A stretch of DNA of 56,419 nucleotides from a virus (taxonomy: Duplodnaviria > Caudoviricetes), in the IMG/VR virus record IMGVR_UViG_3300028708_000002, positions 1-56,419 of that record; one strand, 5' to 3'. This document shows, piece after piece, positions 24,996-35,523 of the stretch (position 1 is its first letter; each line of letters starts with the position of its first letter). A model generated the notes under the pieces. It did no database searches, had not been told where the DNA came from, and saw only the letters and a list, made by a program, of their open reading frames with translations. Position numbers and translations under genes: made by a program.

Positions 24996-25943
24996 TCAGA
25001 CCTCAGGCTTCGGGTAGACCGGAGGCTTGCCAAGAGCCTCCATGATTGCGTTCGCGTGCTCCCGCCCGTCGCGCCAGACCTCGCGGAGCGCGTTCTCAAG
25101 CGCGTACGTCGTGTTGGGCTTCGGCCCAAGGTAGTCCGCGTTGTTGATGGGCGGCTGCGGCACCGGCACCCGGTCGCACGTCAGCACAGACTTGCCGACT
25201 GCGGCCTGGAAAGCCTTGTCGGCCGTGAGCTTCTTGCACACCGCGTCCGCGATTGCCGTGATATCACTGGGCTTCACGTCATCTCCTTCCGTCATGTCGA
25301 GCAGCTGAGCCTTGGTCATCTTGGTAGCGTTGAGATCGACGTTGTTACCGATCCCTCCGGCGTCGCCCTTGGACGTGAACTGGAGGATCGCTGCCGTCTT
25401 CCACCCTCCGTAGTTCGGTGCCCACCATGCAGACGGGATGGTCGCCGCGAGGCTCGCGGGGTTGTCGGCGACGGTGTTGGTGTCGGGCTGCTTCATGTAA
25501 TGCGAGTCCCAGAGGTACGGCGTCACGGCTCCGCCGTCCCACTTCCGCCCCGGTGCGTCCCACCACCACTTGCCCGTGTAGATAGCGAACGGGTGGGCGT
25601 CCGTCCTCGACTCCCAGCGAGCCGCCCACGCCTTCACGTCCGCGTAGGTCGCGGTGTCCTCGCAGTCCAGCTGGATCAGCAGACCGTTCGGGCCGCCCAC
25701 CTTCTCCAGGTTCTTGAGGAACCAGTCGCACTGCGCCGCGCCGGAGCCCTTCTCAATCCAGTGATACGCGCCGGGAATCATCCCGGCCTTGCGGATACGA
25801 CCGATCCACTCCGCAAACCCTGTGGCGTAGAAGGAGGTCCCCTGGGTGCACTTCACGACCGCGAAGGTGTACCCCTGCTTGGGCAGATCCTCGATCTTCA
25901 GGCCCTTCTGGTACTGCGGATGGACATCGACTCCGTATAGCAT
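24996..25943 (-). CDS. Endolysin, GH25 muramidase
   Basis: GVDV..YQ, VKCTQG, GAYH, LDCE, IYTG, QFTS and VDLN motifs. Confidence 0.9.
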   Translation of the reverse strand: MLYGVDVHPQYQKGLKIEDLPKQGYTFAVVKCTQGTSFYATGFAEWIGRIRKAGMIPGAYHWIEKGSGAAQCDWFLKNLEKVGGPNGLLIQLDCEDTATYADVKAWAARWESRTDAHPFAIYTGKWWWDAPGRKWDGGAVTPYLWDSHYMKQPDTNTVADNPASLAATIPSAWWAPNYGGWKTAAILQFTSKGDAGGIGNNVDLNATKMTKAQLLDMTEGDDVKPSDITAIADAVCKKLTADKAFQAAVGKSVLTCDRVPVPQPPINNADYLGPKPNTTYALENALREVWRDGREHANAIMEALGKPPVYPKPEV

Positions 25944-25952
25944 CGAGCCTCC

Positions 25953-26258
25953 TTACGGGAGCACATAGTACTGCTGGGCGAACAGCACCGGATTCAGGAT
26001 CTCGCCCAGCCCGGTGTTGTCCTGACCGGTAATCAGGATGTCGTTGGTGTTGATGACATAGTTGAACGACTCAGGTGCCACCTTGTCCTGGATGGTACGC
26101 CGGACCGTGAGCACACCTGCGATCTCAGAGAACACGCTCCAGACCGTCCCGCCGTTCGCGGTCACGTTCAGACCGTTGATGATCTGGGCGCTGTTCGTCC
26201 CGTTGTACTTCAGGCTCCGCATCTTCGGGACAACCTGAATGACTGGCTCGTTGGCCAT
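25953..26258 (-). CDS. Hypothetical virion-associated protein
   Basis: TAATG coupling at 26258. Confidence 0.65.
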   Translation of the reverse strand: MANEPVIQVVPKMRSLKYNGTNSAQIINGLNVTANGGTVWSVFSEIAGVLTVRRTIQDKVAPESFNYVINTNDILITGQDNTGLGEILNPVLFAQQYYVLP

Positions 26259-27307
26259 TACGCGACCCTCTCTGCAGCGACGATGTATGCGGTCAGGGTA
26301 TTCGCAGCGTTCGACGTTCCCCATTGGGCAGTTATCACGAGGTCCCGAGACGCTGTGGTGTCAACGGTAATCGCTGCCGATCCACCGTCCATAATCGTTT
26401 GGGTCGCTGCAGACGGGGCTGCGCCTGCGATCGTCAGGGTCTGCGTCACCATCTGCACACCCCGGATCGTACCTGCCGCACCGATTGTGATACACGAGAC
26501 GAGCAGGTCAACCTCAAAGTTCTTGTTGGTAACACCAGAGGATGAGGTGAGCGTTCCGCTGGATGCGATGGCGGTACCGGCGACGCCGGAGATCCGCGAC
26601 CGGAAGGTCATTGTGGGGGTGGTGGCCGTGAGAACGCCCGCCGTGCCCCTGATACGGATCCGATAGATCGCGCCCACTGCCATGTCGTTCGCGGGGATCG
26701 TGAGCGTTCCGATCACCGTCTCTGCAGCTGTTCCGGCCACAGTCGTGACAGCACTGAACTGGTTGTTGTAGCGCCGCGTCCCGAGGAAGAGTCGGCCGTT
26801 GATGGTGTGGTCAGTCTGGACGATTAGCGCCGTGTCCGTCTTCAGTGTGCCGACCGCACTCCGGTAGAACGCTGTGTCAGTCGCCGCAGCCCCGCCCGGT
26901 CCCCACTCGATCCGACCGTCAATCCTCATGAGGGAACTCACCTGCGCGTCGCCGGTCTTGTAGAACTCCAGCGCGTTCACCGTCGCCGGAGTCCGGTTCA
27001 TGGTGATGCGGTCGCGCATGATCGTCTGTGCACCGAGGTCCTGGATGGCACCGAACTGTGCGGTCCCAACAAGAGCCTGGATCCAGGCCGCCCCGTTCCA
27101 GATGTAATACTTGCTGGTGTCGGTCTCGCGGATACCCTGCCCGTTGTACGGGCTGCCTGGTCGTGTGCCCGAGGTACAAGCGACCCAGCCCACCTTGGCG
27201 TCTAGGTTGTCGGCGTTGTTGTTGATGTCAGTGACAACGCTGACATTGTCAATGCCAGTGGCGTCTGGCTTATAGAGCGCCAACCTTGTGGTCGTAGTCC
27301 CTGGCAT
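26258..27307 (-). CDS. Minor tail/fiber protein
   Basis: TTTTRLAL.KP N-terminus, RPGSPYNGQ.I.ETDT, beta-rich and T/A/G-rich. Confidence 0.75.
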   Translation of the reverse strand: MPGTTTTRLALYKPDATGIDNVSVVTDINNNADNLDAKVGWVACTSGTRPGSPYNGQGIRETDTSKYYIWNGAAWIQALVGTAQFGAIQDLGAQTIMRDRITMNRTPATVNALEFYKTGDAQVSSLMRIDGRIEWGPGGAAATDTAFYRSAVGTLKTDTALIVQTDHTINGRLFLGTRRYNNQFSAVTTVAGTAAETVIGTLTIPANDMAVGAIYRIRIRGTAGVLTATTPTMTFRSRISGVAGTAIASSGTLTSSSGVTNKNFEVDLLVSCITIGAAGTIRGVQMVTQTLTIAGAAPSAATQTIMDGGSAAITVDTTASRDLVITAQWGTSNAANTLTAYIVAAERVA

Positions 27308-27316
27308 TGTTGCTCC

Positions 27317-30300
27317 TTACGAATATGAGAAGGTGAGCTTTATGTAGGCGAACTCAGCGCTGGCGATTCCGGCGTACACATTCGCTCCGGTCGGAGCGGG
27401 GCCAACAGCGATCCCCTTTGACACCCCTGATTTGAACTCATTGCCGATCGTCGTGCCTAGCTCGACGGAGCGCGTTGCCCCCTCCGGCCAACTGGGGCTC
27501 TGCACGCGGTTCTGGTTGACACGGGCATCGTCCCAGGTATCAGTGAAGGGTCCGTAGTCATGCGTCCCAAGCACAGCCGTGCCGCTGTTGCCATACCAGT
27601 TCCAGTAGTTCAGGGTGAGCTTGCAAGATAGCAGGGTCTTCCCAGCAAGATCCGACTGAATCCTGTTGTAGTCGAATCCAGCCAGTCCGGCGTACTGCGC
27701 GCCGTCCGACTGCCCGAGGTTGCCGCTGTCCGAGGACTGCCCAGCAGAGTTGTATGAGTACGCCCAGATTGCGTTGTACGTCAACGTGTTCCCGTACACC
27801 GGATCGATCGGCGTTCCGCTGCCATCATTGATGATCCCGGTATTCAGGAAGAGATCGAGTGGCCCCATGTCCTCGACCCAGAAGAACGAAGGTCCGGATG
27901 GTCCATCTAGCTTGCCGGTCCCGATTACCGCAAAGAAGGTCCAGAGGAGTCTGTGTAGCCCCACCGTGAAGTCCGACTTCAGCCAGGTGCCCGTGAGGGT
28001 TGAGTTGACACCGGCACTCTGTGTGGCCGGGAAAGCGTTGGTGCCGATAGAAGTGCTGGATACCGTGGGCTGCGACGCACCGCCGTCGCGGAGACGGAAG
28101 GTGTACCGCTCGTTAACCGCCGCGCTCGTGGAGTCCATGTCGCCGAAGCAGACCACGCGATACATCCGATTGGCCTCGGCAACGAACGCCAGCTCCATAT
28201 ACCCCAGCTCAACGTTCGGGGCAGAGTTTAGCACCAACACACTGCTCTGCCCCCATGCGATGATCCCTTTAGGACGTTTGTTGATAACGTCCGCGACAAT
28301 GTCGACGCCACCGATGAAGGATCTGTCTACATAGGAGTCCTTGGCGACGACAACGCCCGTGGAGTCGATCCGGGCCAAGGTGTGCAGCCCGTCGCCGAAC
28401 GCCACGAAGTCCCCGGAGGAGAGCGGGTCGGCGCTGATGGCAACCGTCTGTAGGCCAGCAGCGTTGTAAGCCTGGATCCCCAGAGAGTTGAGCTCAACGC
28501 GCTGGCCCATCGCTGCGGTTTTGATGGCCGCCGCAACGATCCAGTCTGAGGTGATCGTTCCGGCAGTAACCTTGCTGACCGAGAGGTCGCTCACGTGCTG
28601 ATTGTCGATCAGCAGGATGCTGGCCTGCACAGCCGTGCTCGCTCCGGACTTGTTGCCCTGCCTGTCGACAGCGATGACCTTGACCCAGACGTCGGCAGTG
28701 TTCTCCAGCTGGAATGTTGCCACGACTGGGATCCGGCCGATCAGGTTGCTCTCGTTGGCAGGTATCCGCCCCACGAGGCTGGTGCTGTCAGGGAAGAAGA
28801 ATGTGGAGCCTACATGCACCTCAAGGTGGTTAAGGTCCGGCTCCAGGTTGAACGTGCCGCCCGAGGACTTGCCGAGGAGGTGAACGACCTGGATCCCGAG
28901 CCGCGACGCGGCAACGGTAGGCGCAGCCGGGACGCTCGGAGCGAGCACGTCTCCCGTGGTCGTTATCGTCAGGATAGACGACCAGGCTCCGACATTGGGC
29001 GGGTTGGCGGTGTCGACGGCACGGATGCGGAACTCATACTCAACCGCAACAGATAGCTCCTGGATCAGTGCCACCGTCTGGTCGAACGGGACCATGACGG
29101 TGTTCCAGTTGTCGCCGGTGTTGGCGTCGTTGGAGAGCGGACGGCCCCACGTCTGCAACTGGTTCCAGTGAAACAGGCTCGCCTGGTTCCAGGTGATGGG
29201 ATAGGAGTACGCCTGTGTGACACGGTACTGGATCTCATAGTGGTCTCCGTCGACGATGGTGGATGCGTCGACGTTGAGCGGCTGCGTCCATGTAAGCTGG
29301 ACGGCCGCCTTGAGGTCATTGATCGCCGAGGACTGGTAGGCCGCTGTGGAGTACGCGCCGAACACGACCTGTGCTGGCACCGTCGCATCCGCCCCGGCGC
29401 TAGGAGCGTTGACGCGAACACCGATCGGCTCGCCTGCGATGCCGGTGAGGTTGCGGGAGAAGTCCCCCACCACAACCGTCGTGTCCCCGCCCTCCGGCTC
29501 ATAGTAGCGCGACAGGTCCGTCCAGACGCCGTTCACGTCGCGGTAGGCGACCGTCCAGCCGGGCGGGATCGGGTAGCTCAGCTCAATACACCGGAGCGCG
29601 ATCGGGTTGATTGGCTCGCCACGCCACGGGATCTCATTGGCGACGTCAAAAAAACCGCTTTCCTTGTCCCAGATGTACAGGTAGTCGCCTACCACGAGGT
29701 CGCCCTTGACGTCATAGGCGTCGGTCGACAGCGTGACGTTCGCTCGGGCGGCCTGGAACCGGTTCAGCTGCAGCTGCGCGCGGGCAGTCGCGTTCGTGGG
29801 GTCCGTCTCGGACTCCGAGACGAGACGGGTCAGCTTGACGGTGTTGTTGTGGATGTCCTTGTACGGCACCACAGCCGCGTTGGCCGCGCCGGTCGAGATC
29901 GAGACGCCTTCGCCCTCGGCGAGGACGACCACGCGGGTGGTGTAGTCCTCGACATCAGACGCCAGCCGCATCTGGCCGGGCAGCGCCCGCATCCCCATCT
30001 CCCTGCCATCCTGCCGACGGACAAGGAGCGTCTGCGGAACGGTCCGGTACAGCTGCGCGACTGTGCCGGCATCTAGCTTCCCGTCACCCGTCACCCGCCA
30101 CTCGCCGGTGAACAGCGAGGTCACATAGTCCAGCGCGTCCCGAGGGCTCTGCCACTGGAACGTTTGCGTGATGGTCCCGGCAATCGCGTTGATAGTCCCG
30201 GCCGTCACGGAGCCGCTGGGCGGGAGGAGCGCCGCGACCGAGGCAGCGAACGTCTGGGCCGTCAGCACCACCGCCGTCTCGAATACATCCCCCTTGCCAT

Positions 30301-30553
30301 CCTCATCGCCAAGCCAGAACGCCATCCCGCAGCCGCCGATGGTGTAGTCCTCGCTCAGGTCCCGGACCCTCAGCACGCCAACGTATCGAGCGACCGGCAG
30401 CGCCGCGTCGGTGAGACCCTCGGCGATGACCTCGCCCGGCCACATGGCAACGTGGCCGAAGTATGAGAGCGTGTCCAGCACAACCTGCGGGGTCTCCTTC
30501 TTGAGCCGGAGACCCCAGGAGCCCAGTGCCTGCTTGACTTCATTAACGCTCAA
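27317..30553 (-). CDS. Large minor tail protein (hub/Tal-like with Fn3 repeats)
   Basis: Position; YEFRIRAVD and VKVIAVDRQGNKS Fn3 motifs. Confidence 0.8.
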   Translation of the reverse strand: MSVNEVKQALGSWGLRLKKETPQVVLDTLSYFGHVAMWPGEVIAEGLTDAALPVARYVGVLRVRDLSEDYTIGGCGMAFWLGDEDGKGDVFETAVVLTAQTFAASVAALLPPSGSVTAGTINAIAGTITQTFQWQSPRDALDYVTSLFTGEWRVTGDGKLDAGTVAQLYRTVPQTLLVRRQDGREMGMRALPGQMRLASDVEDYTTRVVVLAEGEGVSISTGAANAAVVPYKDIHNNTVKLTRLVSESETDPTNATARAQLQLNRFQAARANVTLSTDAYDVKGDLVVGDYLYIWDKESGFFDVANEIPWRGEPINPIALRCIELSYPIPPGWTVAYRDVNGVWTDLSRYYEPEGGDTTVVVGDFSRNLTGIAGEPIGVRVNAPSAGADATVPAQVVFGAYSTAAYQSSAINDLKAAVQLTWTQPLNVDASTIVDGDHYEIQYRVTQAYSYPITWNQASLFHWNQLQTWGRPLSNDANTGDNWNTVMVPFDQTVALIQELSVAVEYEFRIRAVDTANPPNVGAWSSILTITTTGDVLAPSVPAAPTVAASRLGIQVVHLLGKSSGGTFNLEPDLNHLEVHVGSTFFFPDSTSLVGRIPANESNLIGRIPVVATFQLENTADVWVKVIAVDRQGNKSGASTAVQASILLIDNQHVSDLSVSKVTAGTITSDWIVAAAIKTAAMGQRVELNSLGIQAYNAAGLQTVAISADPLSSGDFVAFGDGLHTLARIDSTGVVVAKDSYVDRSFIGGVDIVADVINKRPKGIIAWGQSSVLVLNSAPNVELGYMELAFVAEANRMYRVVCFGDMDSTSAAVNERYTFRLRDGGASQPTVSSTSIGTNAFPATQSAGVNSTLTGTWLKSDFTVGLHRLLWTFFAVIGTGKLDGPSGPSFFWVEDMGPLDLFLNTGIINDGSGTPIDPVYGNTLTYNAIWAYSYNSAGQSSDSGNLGQSDGAQYAGLAGFDYNRIQSDLAGKTLLSCKLTLNYWNWYGNSGTAVLGTHDYGPFTDTWDDARVNQNRVQSPSWPEGATRSVELGTTIGNEFKSGVSKGIAVGPAPTGANVYAGIASAEFAYIKLTFSYS

Positions 30554-31776
30554 CGTCTGACCCCTGCTTCTTTGGCGGACATCGTCCCTATGTACTGGTC
30601 CCTGATGTTAGTCGCCTGATCCCCGGAGATCGCTGCACCACCGTTGTATACAACGCCGATGTAGAAATCCAGCGACGTCACCGCCGTCTTCTGCACCCCT
30701 CCTCCGGCGACCGCAGTCACGCTGGCCTTGGAGGACCCTGCGATGTACCGATCGCCAAATCCATCGTCACCAGTCGCGACAACGTATCCCGAGGCCGTGT
30801 TGTCCGTCTGCGTCTCGCTGCTCTGGAGCGTGACCCCAAGCGTCGCCGAGGAGTCCGTCTGAACAAGCACCTCCACGAAGCGCGAGCCGCGCCGGAGCGT
30901 CAGATCCACGGTGTCCCGCCCCGGCGCGCGGTCCCGGACTAGCCGGAGCGTGACGGCCTCAACGTCGTTGCGGAGCACAGTCGCCGCACTGAAGGTGGAG
31001 AGCGCGATGCTAGCCCCGGCGCGCTGGACGTTCCAGGCCTTGCTGTCGTACGCTGCGCCGTTCCACACACCGATGCTCAGCAGGCCCGAGGCAGCCAGCG
31101 GGGACACCCGGACGATCCCGTTGTCAAGCACCCAGGTTGTGGTGGGGACGTTGATCCCGGAGGCCGCGCGAGCTATGCCCGCCGACACGAGCGTGACCCG
31201 CCCCAGGAGCGCCGAGGAGACCGGGCAGCCCCAGCGAGGGTTGATGCCGGAGGGCACGCTCAGGAACACGGTCATGTTCCCGTAGGCAGTCGGCCGGACG
31301 ACCGTGCCGGAGGGCGGGGTGGTGCCGGTGTAGTAGGCATAGTGTCCGATCGGTGGCGCGTGCCAGCGCGTGCCGCCTAGCGCGAAGCCGTTGGCGCGGA
31401 CAACGTGGCTGAACCGCGCCTCCACATCGATCGCCGCGTCAGGACCTTGGTATGTAAGATCCATCTGCCAGACCGCAGCCTGCGCCTCGCCCGCCCACCG
31501 CGTGTGTTCGACGCCGGAGTCTGTAACGATGTAATAACCATTGTTGCCGGACTTGCTGGAGAAGGAGATGGGAACGAACTTGTCCTTGAGCCCCAGGATG
31601 TCCTCGGCGACAGCCGCCACATCGGCCTCAGAGAGGAGCCGAGGAGAGCCGGGCCAGTACTCCGTACCACCAACCGTGATACTCCTGGTACCGATGGTCT
31701 CGTGCTGTCGGCGAGACACAAGGTGGGCCTCGGCAAGGAGTACCTTGCCAACCTGCATCTGTCCCCACGCGGTCAC
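30550..31776 (-). CDS. Minor tail protein (distal-tail position)
   Basis: Directly after the tape measure gene; ATGA coupling. Confidence 0.7.
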   Translation of the reverse strand: MTAWGQMQVGKVLLAEAHLVSRRQHETIGTRSITVGGTEYWPGSPRLLSEADVAAVAEDILGLKDKFVPISFSSKSGNNGYYIVTDSGVEHTRWAGEAQAAVWQMDLTYQGPDAAIDVEARFSHVVRANGFALGGTRWHAPPIGHYAYYTGTTPPSGTVVRPTAYGNMTVFLSVPSGINPRWGCPVSSALLGRVTLVSAGIARAASGINVPTTTWVLDNGIVRVSPLAASGLLSIGVWNGAAYDSKAWNVQRAGASIALSTFSAATVLRNDVEAVTLRLVRDRAPGRDTVDLTLRRGSRFVEVLVQTDSSATLGVTLQSSETQTDNTASGYVVATGDDGFGDRYIAGSSKASVTAVAGGGVQKTAVTSLDFYIGVVYNGGAAISGDQATNIRDQYIGTMSAKEAGVRR

Positions 31777-34739
31777 TTGTGCTCCCTCTCATACCGGTCA
31801 ATCTCTTCGGCCAGCATAGCGATGATCTTCCGGGCAGCGCTCGGGTCGGTGAAGTCCCAGACTCCTCGGATGACTATCTGCTGGATGGTGGTCTGCTTGC
31901 TGGGCGCAGTCGGGACCATCGGTCCCGTGTTGCCGAAGCGAACGGCTCCGGCCGTAGCGGTCGTGAGCGCAGCCTCGACTACGTTGGGCTGAGACACAAG
32001 AGCGGTCACGTCCCCGAGCTTCTGGCGCAGCATCGGGATCACCTTGTCGATCCCTCGCAGCAAGCCCTCCATGATCCACTGGCCCGAGGGCGTGAGGATC
32101 TTCTTGTCCCGCTCCTCCGGACCCTTCCAGGATGGCAGGAGATTGGTGATGGAAGAAAGCTTGGAGGCGAGCGATCCGATCATCGAGGAGATGCCGTTGA
32201 TCAGGCCCTGGATGATGCTCTTGCCAGCGTTCACCAGGAGGCCACCGAGGTTCCCCACCGCACTGAGGATCTTCCCAGGGATGCCCTTGACGAACGCAAT
32301 CAGGCTGCCCGTCCCGCCCTCGGCGGCCTTCTTGAGGTCGTTGAAGAATCCCCGGATCTTGTCCACGAAAGCCTTGACGCCATTGGCGATCGAGACAATG
32401 TTAGCGATCGCACCCTTGACGATCCCGCTGATCGCGCTCCAGACGGATGACACGACCGACCGGACAGCGTTCATCACCGTCGTCACGACGGTCTTGACGA
32501 TGTTCCATCCTGTGGAGACGACCGACGAGACGGCGCTTACAGCGCTGGAGACTGCTGAGCGGATCGTGTTCCAGATGGCCGAGAGGTACGGCGCGAGGAA
32601 GCCCATCACTGCCGTGATGATCGCCTTGATGGCGTTGAACGCAGGCCCCACCGTCGCCTTGACAGCCTCGACTCCGGCCATGAACACGGCCTTGATTAGC
32701 GTCCAGGCCACCTGGATGATCGCGGAGATCGCTGTCATCACCGTCGACACAACGGCCTTGATGGCGTTGAATACCGCCATCACCGGAGGGCCGATCGTCG
32801 CCCAGATCGCGCTCCAAGCCGTCGCTAGCGCCTGTGCTCCGGCCTTGATGGCGTTGAACACAAACTTGGCGGCCTCCCAGACCGCCATCAGCGGAACAAT
32901 CACCACCGCCGCGAGGACGGTCCCAATTGTCTTCATGATGCCGAGGAAGGTCTGGAACGCTGACACAATCTGGGGGATGTGGGCGATCAGGAAGGAGATC
33001 GCGCTGATGAGGAGGCTGAAGACCGGGCCTGCGAGCTTGAGGACAATGGGGACTACGGTCCCGATGATCTTGCCCATGATCTCAAAGCTGGTCGCTAGCA
33101 CACCAGCGATGAACTTGGCGATCTTCTCCAGCGTAGGCCGGGCAGTCTCGAAAGCGTCCTTGAGCTTGTTGAAGGCCGGAAGCGCGCGGGTCTCGATCCA
33201 GTTCTTGATAGCAGCGAACGCCGGACCGAGGTTGTCGATTGCCTTCTTGAGCCCTGACTGGATGATCGGGATGATCTGCGTCCGAACGAAGTCCACGAGG
33301 CGCTTGAATCCCTCGATCGCGGAGGCCACGACCGTCTTGATGAATCCAAACGCTGTCTGGACTGCGCTACGGAACGCTGCCGAGCGCTTCCAGAGTGCCG
33401 TGAAGGCTGCGATCAGAAGACCAACCGCAACCACTATCGCGCCGATGATGGCAGCAATCTTCACAGCCACAAGCGAGGCCGCGACTCCGGCGATGACCGC
33501 CCCCACCGCCGCTAGCGCTGCGATCACGCCGAGGAGCGCCGCAGCTGCGGCCGCGCCGAACGCGATAAGCTTCTGCCACTTCGGGTCCAGGCTGCTGAAC
33601 TTGTTGGCTAGCATGGTGATGAACTCAGCAACCTTGCGGATCACCGGAAGGAACGCTGTGCCGATCACGATGGCCGCAGTCTCCAGCGACCCCTTCAGCT
33701 GCTCGATAGCTCCGGCAACGTTGTCGAGACGCTTGGCTGCCACGTCCTGGGCGGAGACCTTGCCCATGGCCGTAGCCATCTCGTCAAAGCCCTTCGCCCC
33801 CTCCTTGGTGAAGACGGCAGCTGCCCGGATCGCGTCGGATCCGAAGATGGTCTCAAGAGTCGCCAGCTGCTGCGCCTTGGTCTGGCCCTTGAGAGCGTCC
33901 TGGAGAATCTGGGAGACCTGACCAAAACTCTTCAGCTTTCCCTTGGCGTCAAAGAACTTGTTCGCTCCATCCTCGGTGATGATACCGAGGTCCTTCATCA
34001 ACTCCTTCTGCTTCTGGGTGGCCGGGTTGAGGTTCAGGAGCATCGTCTTGAGCGAGGTACCGGCGTCGGAGCCCTTCACCCCGGCCTTGCCCATGAGCGC
34101 GATGGCGACCGAGAGGTCATCGAACGACAGGCCCACAAGGTTCGCCACCGCGCCGGACTGCGCCAGCGACATCCCGAAGTCGTGCACGTCGATCGCGGAG
34201 GAGTTGGCCGCGCCCGCGATGAGGTCAGCGACGTGCGCCATATCCTTGCCAGCAAGGTTGAACACGTTCATCGCGTTGGCCGCGATCGATGCGGCCTGCG
34301 GAAGGTCGATCCCGCCCGCAGCGGCTAGGTTGACCGTCGCGTCGGCTGCGCCGTTCAGCACTTCCTCGACGGTCAGGCCAGCCTTGACCAACTCCTCCAT
34401 GGCCTGCGCGGACTCGCTGGCCGAGAATGCTGTGTCTGCTCCAAGCTGGAGTGCCTTCTGGCGAAGCTGGTCCATCTCCTTGGCGCTAGCGCCGGACACC
34501 GCGCCGATCGCAGAGATCTGCTTCTCAAAGTCGATGGCCTTGTTGACCGAGACGGCAAGCGCCGCCGTGATGAGCCCCGCCCCGGCTCCGGTGATAGCGG
34601 CAACCTTGGTGAACCCAGATGCCATCTTCTGGGCGCTGTTCTGGAAAGTCTGCAGGCCCTTCTGCGCCTTGCCAACACCAGCGCCGTCGTACTGGACCTC
34701 AATCTTTCCTCGGGCCGTTCCAAGGTTGTAATCGGCCAC
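31773..34739 (-). CDS. Tape measure protein (TP901 core type)
   Basis: Ala-rich; GVKGSDAGTSLK and IFGSDAIRAA; aromatic-periodic repeats. Confidence 0.93.
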   Translation of the reverse strand: MADYNLGTARGKIEVQYDGAGVGKAQKGLQTFQNSAQKMASGFTKVAAITGAGAGLITAALAVSVNKAIDFEKQISAIGAVSGASAKEMDQLRQKALQLGADTAFSASESAQAMEELVKAGLTVEEVLNGAADATVNLAAAGGIDLPQAASIAANAMNVFNLAGKDMAHVADLIAGAANSSAIDVHDFGMSLAQSGAVANLVGLSFDDLSVAIALMGKAGVKGSDAGTSLKTMLLNLNPATQKQKELMKDLGIITEDGANKFFDAKGKLKSFGQVSQILQDALKGQTKAQQLATLETIFGSDAIRAAAVFTKEGAKGFDEMATAMGKVSAQDVAAKRLDNVAGAIEQLKGSLETAAIVIGTAFLPVIRKVAEFITMLANKFSSLDPKWQKLIAFGAAAAAALLGVIAALAAVGAVIAGVAASLVAVKIAAIIGAIVVAVGLLIAAFTALWKRSAAFRSAVQTAFGFIKTVVASAIEGFKRLVDFVRTQIIPIIQSGLKKAIDNLGPAFAAIKNWIETRALPAFNKLKDAFETARPTLEKIAKFIAGVLATSFEIMGKIIGTVVPIVLKLAGPVFSLLISAISFLIAHIPQIVSAFQTFLGIMKTIGTVLAAVVIVPLMAVWEAAKFVFNAIKAGAQALATAWSAIWATIGPPVMAVFNAIKAVVSTVMTAISAIIQVAWTLIKAVFMAGVEAVKATVGPAFNAIKAIITAVMGFLAPYLSAIWNTIRSAVSSAVSAVSSVVSTGWNIVKTVVTTVMNAVRSVVSSVWSAISGIVKGAIANIVSIANGVKAFVDKIRGFFNDLKKAAEGGTGSLIAFVKGIPGKILSAVGNLGGLLVNAGKSIIQGLINGISSMIGSLASKLSSITNLLPSWKGPEERDKKILTPSGQWIMEGLLRGIDKVIPMLRQKLGDVTALVSQPNVVEAALTTATAGAVRFGNTGPMVPTAPSKQTTIQQIVIRGVWDFTDPSAARKIIAMLAEEIDRYEREHK

Positions 34740-34742
34740 GGC

Positions 34743-35003
34743 TTACCCCTTCGGCGTGTTGAATCCTCCTCGGTCAAGCCACCTATGGAGGACCATGCTT
34801 CGGGCCATCGCCTGCCGCTTCTGGCTCTTGCCTTTCCCTGCTGTCTCTAGCTCATTGTCCAGCGACCGTCCGAAGAGGAACACCGCTCGATCGAGGAAAT
34901 ACGCCGTTGTCTCGTGCTCAACTGCCAGCAGCTGGCTCGGTCGCGTCCGGTACGCCTGGGCCATCTGCCACATCGCCCACAAAGTCCTCGGTTGACTGAC
35001 GAA
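34743..35003 (-). CDS. Tail assembly chaperone, frameshifted C-terminal part
   Basis: +1 frame relative to the upstream chaperone from TTT-CGT; W..AQAYRTRPS.LL...FLDRAV. Confidence 0.6.
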   Translation of the reverse strand, partial: FVSQPRTLWAMWQMAQAYRTRPSQLLAVEHETTAYFLDRAVFLFGRSLDNELETAGKGKSQKRQAMARSMVLHRWLDRGGFNTPKG

Positions 35004-35499
35004 ACGCCCGGTAATCCGCCGACCCGCCGATCGTCCAGTCCATGATGAACATCTTGTCATCGAGGTCCACGTCATCCGCGTACAGCAGTTCCGGATCGCG
35101 CGGCTCAGCCGGTAGCAACATCGTGTTGCCCGCCGCGTCGGTGACCTGTGTGGGCTTGGGGATCGGGTAGACCCTCGGCTCGACAACCGCTGCGATCACG
35201 ATGGAGTCGATGAGGCCCATGGCCTCGTCCATCTTGTCGGCCACCCCAGCCATCTTGGCCGCGTCGGCGGCCGTGATCTTCCCGCTGATCTCAGTGATCC
35301 CGGTAGCCACCAGCGAGGTCAGCGTGTCCATGCTGTCGAGGATGCCGAGCTTGATGAGTCCTTGGACTCCGAGACGGCGCGCCCGGCAGACGTTGGGGTC
35401 GCCGTCATCATCGAGGCTTGGAAGTTCAAGATCAAAGACCTTGCCCTGACCGCCCATGCCGTACTTCTTCTTGTCCTTGCGAGGCTTGCTGACTGGCAT
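34918..35499 (-). CDS. Tail assembly chaperone
   Basis: Between major tail and tape measure; VVEPRV and DVDLDDKMFI. Confidence 0.75.
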   Translation of the reverse strand: MPVSKPRKDKKKYGMGGQGKVFDLELPSLDDDGDPNVCRARRLGVQGLIKLGILDSMDTLTSLVATGITEISGKITAADAAKMAGVADKMDEAMGLIDSIVIAAVVEPRVYPIPKPTQVTDAAGNTMLLPAEPRDPELLYADDVDLDDKMFIMDWTIGGSADYRAFRQSTEDFVGDVADGPGVPDATEPAAGS

Positions 35500-35523
35500 C
35501 CTAGTGCTCCTTGTCAGAATGGT

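Noticed and set aside
31773-34739. Periodic sequence in the tape measure gene
   Set aside because: Normal amphipathic protein repeats, not a DNA repeat array.
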